Shown here: positions 1-9,582 of the stretch, piece by piece | How the letters are laid out: the number at the start of each line of letters is the position of its first letter | How positions within the stretch are numbered: the first letter of the stretch is position 1 | Assembly: GCA_937926355.1 (NCBI GenBank) | Contig: CALAZP010000190.1 | Coordinates: 40-64,039 of the forward strand | DNA: 64,000 nt | Origin: an uncultured Saprospirales bacterium | GTDB taxonomy: Bacteria; Bacteroidota; Bacteroidia; Chitinophagales; Saprospiraceae | Reading direction: 5' to 3' | Notes under the pieces: model-generated | What the model was told of the DNA's origin: nothing | Seen by the model: only the letters and a program-made list of their open reading frames with translations | Databases searched by the model: none | Position numbers and translations under genes: made by a program

Positions 1-138
1 CTTATCCAGATCCTGGTGGGGATGCTTATCCGGACGTGCCTGGCGCCGATCTTGGAGTTCCTGACAGAGCTTATCCAGATCCTGGAGGTGACGTATATTC
101 CAATGTTCCTGGACAAGATCTTGGAGTTCCTGATAGAA
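1..138 (+). repeat. Two tandem 69-nt units encoding a 23-aa repeat (AYPDPGGD.Y..VPG.DLGVPDR); the array may continue upstream of the window
   Basis: Units 1-69 and 70-138 are near-identical (cttatccagatcctgg...gatcttggagttcctga.aga). Confidence 0.85.
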
Positions 139-470
139 ATTATAACCGGACAATAGGTGAGAATGACGTTTATTCAAATTCAAACTTTACTACGGATTCG
201 TTGGAGTCAACGAGGGTCTATGGAGATGATTCACTAGTTTCCTCTAGGGGTGAACTTAGATCTCCAGAAAATACATTTACCGAACCTCCCGGACAAGTTT
301 ATTCGCAGAGAAAAAGGAACACACCATCTGGCGAAATTGGTAATGTTTATCCTGTGACTAATGGTGATTTTATAATTGAAAGGCCTCTAAATTTGGGGAA
401 CTCTAAACCTGCTGATAAATACAATGTGAGTCTTGGTGATTATAACCCTGACGAGTACGAAGAGCAATAA
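3..470 (+). CDS. 3' part of a CDS entering from upstream; Pro/Gly/Asp-rich repeat protein, function unknown (probably virion-associated)
   Basis: Frame 3 is open from the window edge (no stop before the listed GTG at 36). Stop at 468-470. Followed directly by the spike gene. Confidence 0.6.
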   Translation, partial: YPDPGGDAYPDVPGADLGVPDRAYPDPGGDVYSNVPGQDLGVPDRNYNRTIGENDVYSNSNFTTDSLESTRVYGDDSLVSSRGELRSPENTFTEPPGQVYSQRKRNTPSGEIGNVYPVTNGDFIIERPLNLGNSKPADKYNVSLGDYNPDEYEEQ

Positions 471-482
471 AATCATCTAAAT

Positions 483-1157
483 ATGCCTTATACCCCGCCC
501 AAAATATACCTTGGTGAGATTGTCGATATAAACGATCCGATAAAAGAGGGAAGAGCTAAGATTAGGGTTTTTGGACTCTTTGATGAACTTGAGGTAGAAG
601 ATATTCCATGGGCAAGTCAAGTAAATGGTATTTCTTTCAGCGGGGATGGAAACGGTAGGTTATCCGTTCCTAAATTGGGATCTGTAGTAGCTGTTCAGTT
701 TGATGGTCAGAACTACTATCGAATTACATATTACGGGGAGTGGGAAACTTCTAGGGCCCTTTTAGATGAAATTTCAGATTCATATGAAGGTGCTCAAGCT
801 TTACTTTATGATACAGATGCACAGCCAGGACCTTTAAAAATATTTTATACCAGGAAAAGTGGTATGAATATGATTCTTGGTAATGCAAAGGTACAGCTAG
901 ATACCCAAGACGGCGGACAACTTCGTGTTGTTATCGAAATGGGAGACGATCAAATTAGGATGGAAAATAATAAGGTGATTGTAAACTCTAATAATATTGA
1001 GCTTGGCGAAGCAGCAACCGAATCTGTAATAAAGGGAAATCTATTCCAAACATATTTTAATAACCATACCCACCTAGGAAATTTAGGTGGACCCACTTCT
1101 CCCCCGGTTATACCTTCGGACCCAACTCATCTTTCAAATGTTTCAAAGACCCGATAA
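483..1157 (+). CDS. Baseplate central spike/hub protein (gp5 OB-fold, P2 gpV / Mu gp45 class)
   Basis: N-terminal OB-fold pattern GEIVDINDP..GRAKIRVFG..PWASQV..PKLGSVVAVQFDG. C-terminal NNHTHLGNLGGPTSPP is the HxH spike-tip motif. Confidence 0.8.
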   Translation: MPYTPPKIYLGEIVDINDPIKEGRAKIRVFGLFDELEVEDIPWASQVNGISFSGDGNGRLSVPKLGSVVAVQFDGQNYYRITYYGEWETSRALLDEISDSYEGAQALLYDTDAQPGPLKIFYTRKSGMNMILGNAKVQLDTQDGGQLRVVIEMGDDQIRMENNKVIVNSNNIELGEAATESVIKGNLFQTYFNNHTHLGNLGGPTSPPVIPSDPTHLSNVSKTR

Positions 1158-1160
1158 TGA

Positions 1161-3995
1161 ATGGCTATTTTACCAGATAAAATAATACAGGATTATGAAT
1201 TTGATGCTTTTATCAATAGAGTTAATTCTGGGGCTGAAAAAATTATTAGCGATTCCAAATTTAAGCTAACAACGCCTGATTTACCGGGTCTTTCTTTTTT
1301 GATCAAATTGCAGGTCAGGGTTTTTGAGAAATCCCTTGCCAGTTCTTTTGCTCCTATTTTCATTGGAAAAAACGCATTCAGCAATGGTATAAAGGGAATT
1401 AGAGAAGCTTTCGAAAGCTTGCAGACTTTGTTCTCGAATCCTTTGCAATTTCTTTTGGATGAGGGCGTGAATTCAACTCTAGAGGATTTCCCATTTCCCC
1501 TTAGATTGGAACTTGGTGGTGCAAGTTCGGGCTCTTTAGATTTACCACTCTCGGATGCTAGAGATTTTAGTGGATATCAAACTTTTGATTATAACCCGGT
1601 TTTTAATACCAATGACTTGCCAGAAGCTGGCCAGTATACGACCCAGCAATCCTCTGTTGACACTATCCAATTCATTTCTATAAGTAAAATCACCAACACT
1701 AATAATGAAAACACCCTTTTAGTTGGGGTTAGTCCGGGAGATCCTATTCAAATATCTGATGGTGTTTCTGTTGGAAATTTTACAGTTAGTACTGTTCAAG
1801 ACCAAGGACAAAATAACAGTGTAAGACTGGGTTTAAAGTTTGTTTCTAGCTCGCTTTTAACGGATGCCTCTGCACAGACTTCAATCCCTGGATTTAGCAG
1901 TCCCAGCATCGGATTTGAAAAATGCCAATTGGTGATCAAAAACTTTATTAATCCCGAAGGAGCCTTAAAAATACCAATTTCTGCTCTTGGACTAAACATT
2001 CCCCTTTTAGAAAACCTCACCTTTGTAATGGGGGATTTTAGTCAACTAAAGGAAACCTCACCAACTAAAAAATTTGTGAATAGGCTTTCTCAGGAAACCG
2101 GACTAGAGTTCCAGGACGTATTTAGTGGAATACTTACTGGTAATTTCCCAAACATAGACTTCTCAAAAATCCAGGAGGAATCTGAAGCTGGTATAGACGA
2201 ATCTGAGGAACAAAGCAAAATTGACTTGATTACAGTTGCTAGATTTTTAGAGATTGGTATAACAAATCCTTGTTTCCTCATAGGGATAATACTCAATTAC
2301 GTAAAGCTTCTTCTTCTCCCCATAAAAGTTGTGATAAATGTACTCAAGGGACTTGGTGAATTAATAAGTGGGCCTATTAGGCTTATCCGAACTGTTATAA
2401 AGGGTATCACTGATCCATTAGGGTTAATTTGTGATCTTGTAGCAATTGCATTTCTAGAGGCACTGAGACCTTATATACAAAATCCTTTAGCTGCAGCAAA
2501 TATTACTTGGCAAGAGGCTTTAGAGGATCCTAACGATCCTTCCCGGGGATTAAAACCCTTGATTTCTGATATGGTTTGTGGCATGTTTAGAGATAAGCTT
2601 AAAAATTTTACACCCAGCCAAAGTTTTTTCCAAAGTTTAAGAAACGAATTAGAGGATAATCAAGTTGAAGAACTAGGACCTCAGATAACCTATGATTTAA
2701 GAGTTGATGGGCTTATTCCGTCGGAGGGTCAAGTGTCCGTAAACTCTGAAAATCCCTCGGAGATAAGAAACTTTAAGGTTTCCACTTTCTCAAACACAGT
2801 TGAAAATGCAACCAGTGCTCTTGCAAGTCTTTCCCCTGGGGATGAGTTTACTTTTTCCTTCTTAGATCAGATTGGGAAATATAGAGTAAACACAAAAAAT
2901 TTTATTTCCGATTCGGATTTCCCATATTTCGAAATAAGGGTTCAGTCAATCCCCAATCTTTTAGAAATCGCCTCTTCAAAAAGTGATTCTCAGAAATTAG
3001 TAGATGGATTGAATAACGATAATCTTAGATCTCAACTTTCTATAGACAATCCAGATACTGAGTTCCTTTTTATTTTAGAAAATTATCTTCCGATAAAGCT
3101 GATTGGTGTCTGGGAAGCAATAAAAGGAATGATAGCCATTTTCGGGAGCCTTGCACAACAGGTACCGTCTCTTCTTCCAGCGATAGTCAGAGGGCTATTC
3201 AGTAATGGTAATAACAACCAAAGTCAATCTGAGGTTTTAGCCCTGATCGAGTCCGGTGATTTTGATTTTACTTCTCTTTCTATTGATTCAAGCATCGAGG
3301 TTGTAAATTTGATTTATGGTGGAGGTAGCGATGGACAATCCCTCTCTTTTGCACAATCTTATGTTGATGGGCTTGTTTATCAGTCCACAGATCAATCGGA
3401 CGGCTTCTCGAATAGATTTAGCGAGGAATCAAGGGAAGCTTTATTTGAAATTGTAAATAATAGCCCTAGTTTTTTTGAAGAACCCGGGATAGAGCAGATT
3501 TTTTACGATCTGGGGGATTCTTTGTCAGGAAAGAATAAGGCTCCTGTGGTTTTTAGAAAGAATCTTTCGACCGACCCCGGTAGATTAACTGATCTTAATC
3601 TCTTCTTGAATAGGAGACGGGCAAACGGAGAACCTCTCTTTAGAAGCAATGCTCCGGATAAATCCGAATTTTATTGGGGAGCTTATAATCTTGTAGATAT
3701 TGGTAATACAGTCAAAGTCCTTACCTCTATCATGATGCTGTTTGGTAATCAGTATTATTTTTCTACATCTAATATAAATCTGAGAGATAGAAATATCACT
3801 GTGTATGTAAATAATGACACCGGGACAGGTAGAAGAATACTTTACCAGGGAAGCATCTTAAATGCTCTTAAGAAGTACTATTTCATTAGTTATCCTTTTG
3901 GAGAAAGAATACAATATTGGTCTTTAAGGATTTGCATAAACCGACAAATGAGTCTACTTTCTAATTACCTTTTACCCTCGCTAAAAGAAAGCTAA
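1161..3995 (+). CDS. Large virion protein, 944 aa; possible tape-measure or hub-associated protein
   Basis: Long ORF next to the spike gene. Central hydrophobic segments (ITNPCFLIGIILNYVKLLLLPIKVVINVL, LIGVWEAIKGMIAIFGSLA) resemble tape-measure proteins. No catalytic motif seen. Confidence 0.35.
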   Translation: MAILPDKIIQDYEFDAFINRVNSGAEKIISDSKFKLTTPDLPGLSFLIKLQVRVFEKSLASSFAPIFIGKNAFSNGIKGIREAFESLQTLFSNPLQFLLDEGVNSTLEDFPFPLRLELGGASSGSLDLPLSDARDFSGYQTFDYNPVFNTNDLPEAGQYTTQQSSVDTIQFISISKITNTNNENTLLVGVSPGDPIQISDGVSVGNFTVSTVQDQGQNNSVRLGLKFVSSSLLTDASAQTSIPGFSSPSIGFEKCQLVIKNFINPEGALKIPISALGLNIPLLENLTFVMGDFSQLKETSPTKKFVNRLSQETGLEFQDVFSGILTGNFPNIDFSKIQEESEAGIDESEEQSKIDLITVARFLEIGITNPCFLIGIILNYVKLLLLPIKVVINVLKGLGELISGPIRLIRTVIKGITDPLGLICDLVAIAFLEALRPYIQNPLAAANITWQEALEDPNDPSRGLKPLISDMVCGMFRDKLKNFTPSQSFFQSLRNELEDNQVEELGPQITYDLRVDGLIPSEGQVSVNSENPSEIRNFKVSTFSNTVENATSALASLSPGDEFTFSFLDQIGKYRVNTKNFISDSDFPYFEIRVQSIPNLLEIASSKSDSQKLVDGLNNDNLRSQLSIDNPDTEFLFILENYLPIKLIGVWEAIKGMIAIFGSLAQQVPSLLPAIVRGLFSNGNNNQSQSEVLALIESGDFDFTSLSIDSSIEVVNLIYGGGSDGQSLSFAQSYVDGLVYQSTDQSDGFSNRFSEESREALFEIVNNSPSFFEEPGIEQIFYDLGDSLSGKNKAPVVFRKNLSTDPGRLTDLNLFLNRRRANGEPLFRSNAPDKSEFYWGAYNLVDIGNTVKVLTSIMMLFGNQYYFSTSNINLRDRNITVYVNNDTGTGRRILYQGSILNALKKYYFISYPFGERIQYWSLRICINRQMSLLSNYLLPSLKES

Positions 3996-4006
3996 TTTAG
4001 AAGGTG

Positions 4007-4014
4007 GATATATA
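4007..4014 (+). promoter_or_regulatory. Intergenic octamer GATATATA (candidate phage promoter -10-like element)
   Basis: Context ggtgGATATATAcaac; 29 nt upstream of the ATG at 4044. Confidence 0.45.
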
Positions 4015-4043
4015 CAACAACTAATTTTCTAATTCAAAAATAA

Positions 4044-5210
4044 ATGAACACACCAGAGAACACTGATCAGATCCAGGAAGAATTTGATTGGAATATTTCC
4101 AATCGTAGAAAGATTAACCGAGATATAGAAGTTTTAGATGACTCAAAAGTTTATTGTAGGGAGGATTATGCACAATCTCTCTACTATCAAATGGCTGAAA
4201 GTCTAAAAGGAGTAAGCTCTTCGAAGGATTTGAGAACTGGAAATTCTTATAATAGCACTATTACCTCCCTAACAGATAAGCACGCTATTGCTCAAACTTA
4301 CGAGGGACAATCGATTTATGTTGATGTGGGGAAAGAGAAAAAAGATGCTGATAAACTTGGAATATCTCTAATGGATTTTGAAATTGGGTCCGAGATCCAA
4401 ACCATAGTGAGAAATATTAATGGTACTTATTACGGATCTATAGTAGATTGTTTCATCGAGACAACTAAGCAAGAATTCTTCGAACAGATCAAAAAAGAGT
4501 CCCTTGCTTATGAGGCAAGAATCGAATCCATTAATAACGGAGGTTATATTGTGGATGTTCAAGGCATAAAGTGTTTCTTACCTGGTTCACTTGCAGCTGC
4601 AAATAAGATAACGGACTTTGAGTCTTATTTAGGTAAGAAGATTTGTGTAATGATGGATGGATATGTTCAGAAGAAAGACATATTTGTAGTTTCTTATAAA
4701 AAATATCTTAATAAGATCATGGATCGAAAAATCCAGGAACTTGATCTTACTAAGAAATACAAGGGCTTCGTAACTGGTACTTCCAGCTTTGGAGTTTTCG
4801 TGGAGTGGGAAGACATCTACACAGGTCTTATTCATAAAACAGAGTTCGATAATCAAAAAGTTGAAGGCTTCACCGCTGGAGATGAGATTGAATTTTATGT
4901 CAAAGAAGTAAAGGATGATAATAGGCTAACCTTAACTTTCGGCGAACCTGTTGATAAAACACTAAAAATCTACGATCTCAAAAGGGATCTAGAGGATGGT
5001 GTTTCCCCGATTTCCAACGCAAAAGTTAAGCACAAGAGGAAAAATGGAGCTTTGGTTGAACTATTGGAGTTTGGCTTAATTGCAATGATACCACAAGGTC
5101 GTTTAGGTAAAAGGCATAAAGGTTTAAAAACTGGAGATCAAATCTTGGTAAGCGTTTATGAGGTAGACCAGGTTATGGGAAAAATATTTGTAGAACCAGT
5201 CAATGAATAA
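4044..5210 (+). CDS. Protein with 3-4 S1 (OB-fold) RNA-binding repeats, ribosomal protein bS1-like
   Basis: S1 signatures GGYIVDVQGIKCFLPGSLAA, YKGFVTGTSSFGVFVEWEDIYTGLIHKTEF, AKVKHKRKNGALVELLEFGLIAMIPQGRL. Confidence 0.75.
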   Translation: MNTPENTDQIQEEFDWNISNRRKINRDIEVLDDSKVYCREDYAQSLYYQMAESLKGVSSSKDLRTGNSYNSTITSLTDKHAIAQTYEGQSIYVDVGKEKKDADKLGISLMDFEIGSEIQTIVRNINGTYYGSIVDCFIETTKQEFFEQIKKESLAYEARIESINNGGYIVDVQGIKCFLPGSLAAANKITDFESYLGKKICVMMDGYVQKKDIFVVSYKKYLNKIMDRKIQELDLTKKYKGFVTGTSSFGVFVEWEDIYTGLIHKTEFDNQKVEGFTAGDEIEFYVKEVKDDNRLTLTFGEPVDKTLKIYDLKRDLEDGVSPISNAKVKHKRKNGALVELLEFGLIAMIPQGRLGKRHKGLKTGDQILVSVYEVDQVMGKIFVEPVNE

Positions 5211-6597
5211 CACCCACTTTGATAAAAGACAGTTACTTTCCTCTGCCTTTTTAGGTTTTGAGTTTGAATTCTTCTCTGAAATGGTCAGAGGAAGGATAAC
5301 TGAATCTTTGTCTAAGCTTTTGGGTAAGAAAATAACCCTTTCCAATAAATATCACTCTAAAGATCCTGTTAGTAGGGAGATTTTCAAACTTGAACCCGAC
5401 TATTCTGGAGGGGGAAAAATGAATGAGTTAGTTACTGGTCCCTTACCATATGCAGAAGCTATCCCAGTACTTATCAAGGTTCTTAAATGGATAGATGAAA
5501 ATGGATGGACTACCGATAAGTGCGCTTTCCAATTTTCCCTTAGTTTTGATAAGTTTGATAGATCCATTAAAAGGATGGAGGAGCTTGATAAGCTTCAATT
5601 TATTCTTGGTATTGACGAGGGCTTGATATATTCTAACTTTGGTAACAGAAAAAATAATGTCTATTCTAGGTCCATCAAAAAAGTTGTACCTAGAAATAGA
5701 TTTTCTATTCTCGAAAACGTATCTCATATAGATCCGAAGTTATTCAAAATTCCGGATGAGAAGTATTATGGTGCCAATTTTACAAAAGTACCAAAAGGGT
5801 ATATTGAAATAAGGTATCTGGGTGGTAAAGACTACCAGAAAAAGATTACCGCAATCCGCGACGTAATAGACTATGTTGTTCTTTATACCCATGATATTTT
5901 ATCCGGTAGGAGGTCATACACAAAGACAGACTTAGAAAATCTTAAATCCATGATGAAAGAATATTCTAAGGTTGTGAGGAGCTTCTCAGATCCTGAGTCA
6001 TTCTTCACGAATTTCCCAGATTTCCATCTTTTGGTTGATCTTAAGGGATATTTAGAAAACATTAAAACATACTTCCCCTACATCAGGGAAAAGGTTTTTG
6101 ATATAATAGTGGAGGGTAACGTGAAGAACGGATTCTTCAATTATGATACCACTAATGGGAGATTTCAGCTTAAGGATGTAAAAATCAAAAGCGCTGCATA
6201 CTTAGATAATTTAGACCTTATAAACTGTAAGGTGAGATCCTCTAAATTGGATAATTGTAGGATATTCAGCTGTGACGTTAGAAATAGCGAAATATATAAT
6301 TCTGAGATTTTAAATGGGAATAAGATTTCTAAATCCAAAATTAAGGATACCAGCGCTGATTTTGGAAATAAGCTCATAGAGTGCTACATAGATTCCCCCG
6401 AAAAAATGCTCGATTGTGAAATCACAGGTGGCGTTTTGAGGAAGGGTGATATCGGGAGAAATGCTGATGTAAGCAAGGAGACTGAAAAAGCTAAAGACTT
6501 TAATGAAATAAGAAAGGGTAGGTTTATCACAGATTCTAGATTAAAAAACCTAAATGATCCTATTTCTAGAATAAAGTTTAAAAATCAGAACTACTAA
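5203..6597 (+). CDS. Hypothetical protein; N-terminal region tentatively amidoligase-like (COOH-NH2 ligase fold), C-terminal pentapeptide/beta-helix-like repeats
   Basis: LGFEFEFF, EPDYSGGGKMNELVTGPLPY and YIEIRYLGGKDY fit the amidoligase strand pattern, but the HVH position reads QFS. C-terminal run is NCKVRSSKLDNCRIFSCDVRNSEIYNSEILNGNKISKSKI. Confidence 0.3.
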   Translation: MNNTHFDKRQLLSSAFLGFEFEFFSEMVRGRITESLSKLLGKKITLSNKYHSKDPVSREIFKLEPDYSGGGKMNELVTGPLPYAEAIPVLIKVLKWIDENGWTTDKCAFQFSLSFDKFDRSIKRMEELDKLQFILGIDEGLIYSNFGNRKNNVYSRSIKKVVPRNRFSILENVSHIDPKLFKIPDEKYYGANFTKVPKGYIEIRYLGGKDYQKKITAIRDVIDYVVLYTHDILSGRRSYTKTDLENLKSMMKEYSKVVRSFSDPESFFTNFPDFHLLVDLKGYLENIKTYFPYIREKVFDIIVEGNVKNGFFNYDTTNGRFQLKDVKIKSAAYLDNLDLINCKVRSSKLDNCRIFSCDVRNSEIYNSEILNGNKISKSKIKDTSADFGNKLIECYIDSPEKMLDCEITGGVLRKGDIGRNADVSKETEKAKDFNEIRKGRFITDSRLKNLNDPISRIKFKNQNY

Positions 6598-6598
6598 A

Positions 6599-7375
6599 AT
6601 GACTTTAGAAGAATTAGTACAGGAAATTAAGGACGATCTTTCAGCAAGCTGTTCGCTGCCATATAACTTGAATGATGATGAAATTCATAGAATCATCAGA
6701 AGGGCAAAGTTGTACATGTATGACAACTACCAGTATGCTGCTGAAGAGAGGGTATTCATCCTGGCTAATAATCTTTTCGCTCACGAGGAATTTAGAAGGA
6801 CCAGACAAATAAAGCTTCCTGAGAAGATTGTAAGCGTGTATGACGTTAGAGAGGTAAATGGGATGGGAATAGCTGGTACCCCGGATAGAGACTTTGGTGA
6901 TTCTAAGCTGTTGGGATCTGAACTTTTGCTTTCCCCCTTTACTGGAGATAACCTGGTTTATAGAACTGTCATGTACTCTTATTTTGATCTAGCACAGGCA
7001 TATCTTCTTCCTACTTTTGCTTTCAAGTTCAATAAGAACAATAAAAAGCTAACCATACTTGGTCGTGATCCCAATAGATCTGGGTCTGGCGGCGTCGGAA
7101 CTGGATATAACCAAAATGGAATGGATGTTGCTGTTAGGTGCTTTATTGCTATCGACGACTATGAATTATATGACGACGAACTTTTTGTAAGATATTGCTT
7201 AGCGAGAGCTAAAATTTCACTATCACGCGTTCTGAGTGCATTTGATTATAACCTTCCTGGTGGAGTAAGAGTAAACACTTCCGAATTAAGATCAGACGGA
7301 GAACGTGAACTCCAGGAGGTAATGGATATGATCAACGGAGAGAACACTCCTTCTTATTTCTTACAGTGGAATTAA
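6599..7375 (+). CDS. Hypothetical virion-module protein, 258 aa
   Basis: Long ORF tightly packed between structural genes; no motif recognised. Confidence 0.5.
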   Translation: MTLEELVQEIKDDLSASCSLPYNLNDDEIHRIIRRAKLYMYDNYQYAAEERVFILANNLFAHEEFRRTRQIKLPEKIVSVYDVREVNGMGIAGTPDRDFGDSKLLGSELLLSPFTGDNLVYRTVMYSYFDLAQAYLLPTFAFKFNKNNKKLTILGRDPNRSGSGGVGTGYNQNGMDVAVRCFIAIDDYELYDDELFVRYCLARAKISLSRVLSAFDYNLPGGVRVNTSELRSDGERELQEVMDMINGENTPSYFLQWN

Positions 7376-7379
7376 TCTT

Positions 7380-7387
7380 GATATATA
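7380..7387 (+). promoter_or_regulatory. Intergenic octamer GATATATA (candidate promoter element)
   Basis: Context atcttGATATATAtggg; 19 nt upstream of the ATG at 7407. Confidence 0.45.
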
Positions 7388-7406
7388 TGGGGAATTAAAA
7401 TTTCCC

Positions 7407-7778
7407 ATGGTAGAGATTTATAACAGAGATCCCCAAGACCCTAACTACAAAGAAAATGTGGTTGAGATAACTCAACCTGTAGAAATTTGTATAGGCCAAC
7501 TTAAAATGTTGCTCCTTACAAATAAGGGAGAAGTTTTAGGTGATCCTAAATTTGGTCTAAATTTGGAGGAACTGGTTTTTAGCTTAGAACTTTCGGAAGC
7601 AACTCTTAGGGAAGAGATAGAAAAAGGTCTTAGGTTTTATGTACCCCTGTTTGGTCAGTTGGCTGGTTATTTTGATTTAAAATTTTACCAGGGGACTGAG
7701 AGGGATATTTGTCTTTTGGATTTTTACATCCCAAGCTCAGGTAACGAAAGCCCTTTAATATCATTGAAAGTAAGTTAA
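7407..7778 (+). CDS. gp25: Baseplate wedge protein, gp25/gpW-like
   Basis: GPW/gp25 pattern IGQLKMLLLTNKGEVLGDPKFGLNLEELVFS; about 120 aa; lies immediately upstream of the gpJ-like gene. Confidence 0.75.
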   Translation: MVEIYNRDPQDPNYKENVVEITQPVEICIGQLKMLLLTNKGEVLGDPKFGLNLEELVFSLELSEATLREEIEKGLRFYVPLFGQLAGYFDLKFYQGTERDICLLDFYIPSSGNESPLISLKVS

Positions 7779-7782
7779 AAAG

Positions 7783-9564
7783 ATGGCTAATAACATTTTT
7801 AGGAAAAATAACATCCTCATCCAAGGTCTTCTGGGAGATTCTTTTGAATTTCTCCAAAGAACTTATAATCAAACAAGAAACGTTTTTACTGTTGCTTCTG
7901 CATGGGGCCAGATCCTTTTTGTCCTCGAAAATCTGTCCCAGCTGATTCTTTATTTCATAGAGGATTCTATCACGGAACTTAATATGCAGGAGGCTACCAG
8001 GAATTACTCCATTAAAAGCTTGGCAAGGATTGCTGGATATGACCCAGTTAGAGGAATGGCTGCGCAAGGAGAAGCTTCTGTTGCTTGGAATCTAAGAGAA
8101 GATGACGCTGGTGGAGGGGCAGTTATTTTAAGCAATAACCCTAAAATCCAGAATATCCAAAACGGCCTTCCATACACCCTTATCTTGAATTCACCAACTG
8201 TGAAAGTTCCGCTTTCTAGAGGTAAGGCATTCAACTTTAAAGTAGTGCAGGGTGCTTTTTCATCCTCTACTTTTACTGGAACCGGCCAATCTTTGCAGAG
8301 TTTTAATTTACCATCTAAGGCTGGTGCCTATATTGACCAGTTTTATGTTAATGTTTATGTAAATGGCACTCCGTGGGAAAGATATGAGTCCCTTTATGAT
8401 ATACCATTTGAGGGTGAAGGATACCTTGTAAAAACTGGGATAAGCGAGGGTATAGACATTTATTTTGGTAACTCCAATTTTGGAAAGATACCACAGGCAG
8501 GAAGTACAATTAGGGTTGAATATCTACAGACCTCTGGATTTAGTGGAAACCTCCAAGCAAAGAAAGATGCTACTCTTACTTACAGGTTCCTTGATAGCGG
8601 TACGGATCTTTTTGGCAATGATGTTAACCTAAACAACTATCTTACAATAACTGGAGTACTAGATCCAAGTTTTGGTGCAGATCCTGAACCAATCGAGCTA
8701 ACCAGGATAGTAGCTCCTAAAACAAGTAGGTCTTATGTTTTTGCAAATGCCGAAAACTATGAGATCTATCTTCAAAAACTAAATATATTTTCTCAAATTC
8801 AAGCTTTTTCAACCTTTGATGATGAGTATCTTGACGATGATAATGTCGTGTATATTTTTCTAGTCCCTGACGTTACCATATCCATGTCATCTAACCAAGA
8901 CTATTTTGATATTCCTCAAGATCAATTTCTATTGACGCAATCTCAAAAGCTTTCTTTATTAAACCTAATCGAAGATTCCGGGAGAATGATTGCAACTACT
9001 GTTGTGAAAATACTTGATCCTGAGATAAAGAGGTTTATTGGTAATGTTTCTATGTCAATCTTTGAGGGCTATGATCCTGAGGTATTGAAAGATAAAGTTA
9101 GGGATAGAATCTCAGAATATATGCTGAATACGAAAAGGCGTGATAGAATTCCAAAATCCGACATCATAGCCCTTATAGAGGGTATTGAGGGAGTAGATTC
9201 TGTTTCTTTCTTTTTTGTTGGCGAAGAGAACGAAAGATATCACCTTACAGTAGATAATTTGTCTAATGCATCCCAAGCCCAATTGGACAGAGAAATTGGA
9301 TTAGATCAGTATGGGGACATTATTATCGGGAGTGGGGAACTTATTTTGCTTAGAGGAGGCTGGACCGATAGATACGGAACAGTGTACGAGGAAGGAATAG
9401 TTAGTGGTAAGCCCTCTGCTTTAAATATAGCTGTAACTAGTATAAATCCAAGAAATTTCCTAAGCAATCTTAACGCGCAAACAAAAGCGAAGTTAATGGA
9501 GCAAAACAATACCAGCAGTGGTAGTGCAGTTGGAAGAAGGGCAAACTCAAGGAGTACCCTATAA
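7783..9564 (+). CDS. Baseplate wedge protein, gpJ/gp6-like
   Basis: Conserved W-J synteny directly after the gp25-like gene, and size (593 aa). No motif-level confirmation. Confidence 0.5.
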   Translation: MANNIFRKNNILIQGLLGDSFEFLQRTYNQTRNVFTVASAWGQILFVLENLSQLILYFIEDSITELNMQEATRNYSIKSLARIAGYDPVRGMAAQGEASVAWNLREDDAGGGAVILSNNPKIQNIQNGLPYTLILNSPTVKVPLSRGKAFNFKVVQGAFSSSTFTGTGQSLQSFNLPSKAGAYIDQFYVNVYVNGTPWERYESLYDIPFEGEGYLVKTGISEGIDIYFGNSNFGKIPQAGSTIRVEYLQTSGFSGNLQAKKDATLTYRFLDSGTDLFGNDVNLNNYLTITGVLDPSFGADPEPIELTRIVAPKTSRSYVFANAENYEIYLQKLNIFSQIQAFSTFDDEYLDDDNVVYIFLVPDVTISMSSNQDYFDIPQDQFLLTQSQKLSLLNLIEDSGRMIATTVVKILDPEIKRFIGNVSMSIFEGYDPEVLKDKVRDRISEYMLNTKRRDRIPKSDIIALIEGIEGVDSVSFFFVGEENERYHLTVDNLSNASQAQLDREIGLDQYGDIIIGSGELILLRGGWTDRYGTVYEEGIVSGKPSALNIAVTSINPRNFLSNLNAQTKAKLMEQNNTSSGSAVGRRANSRSTL

Positions 9565-9582
9565 TAAATTTTAACAACCAAA

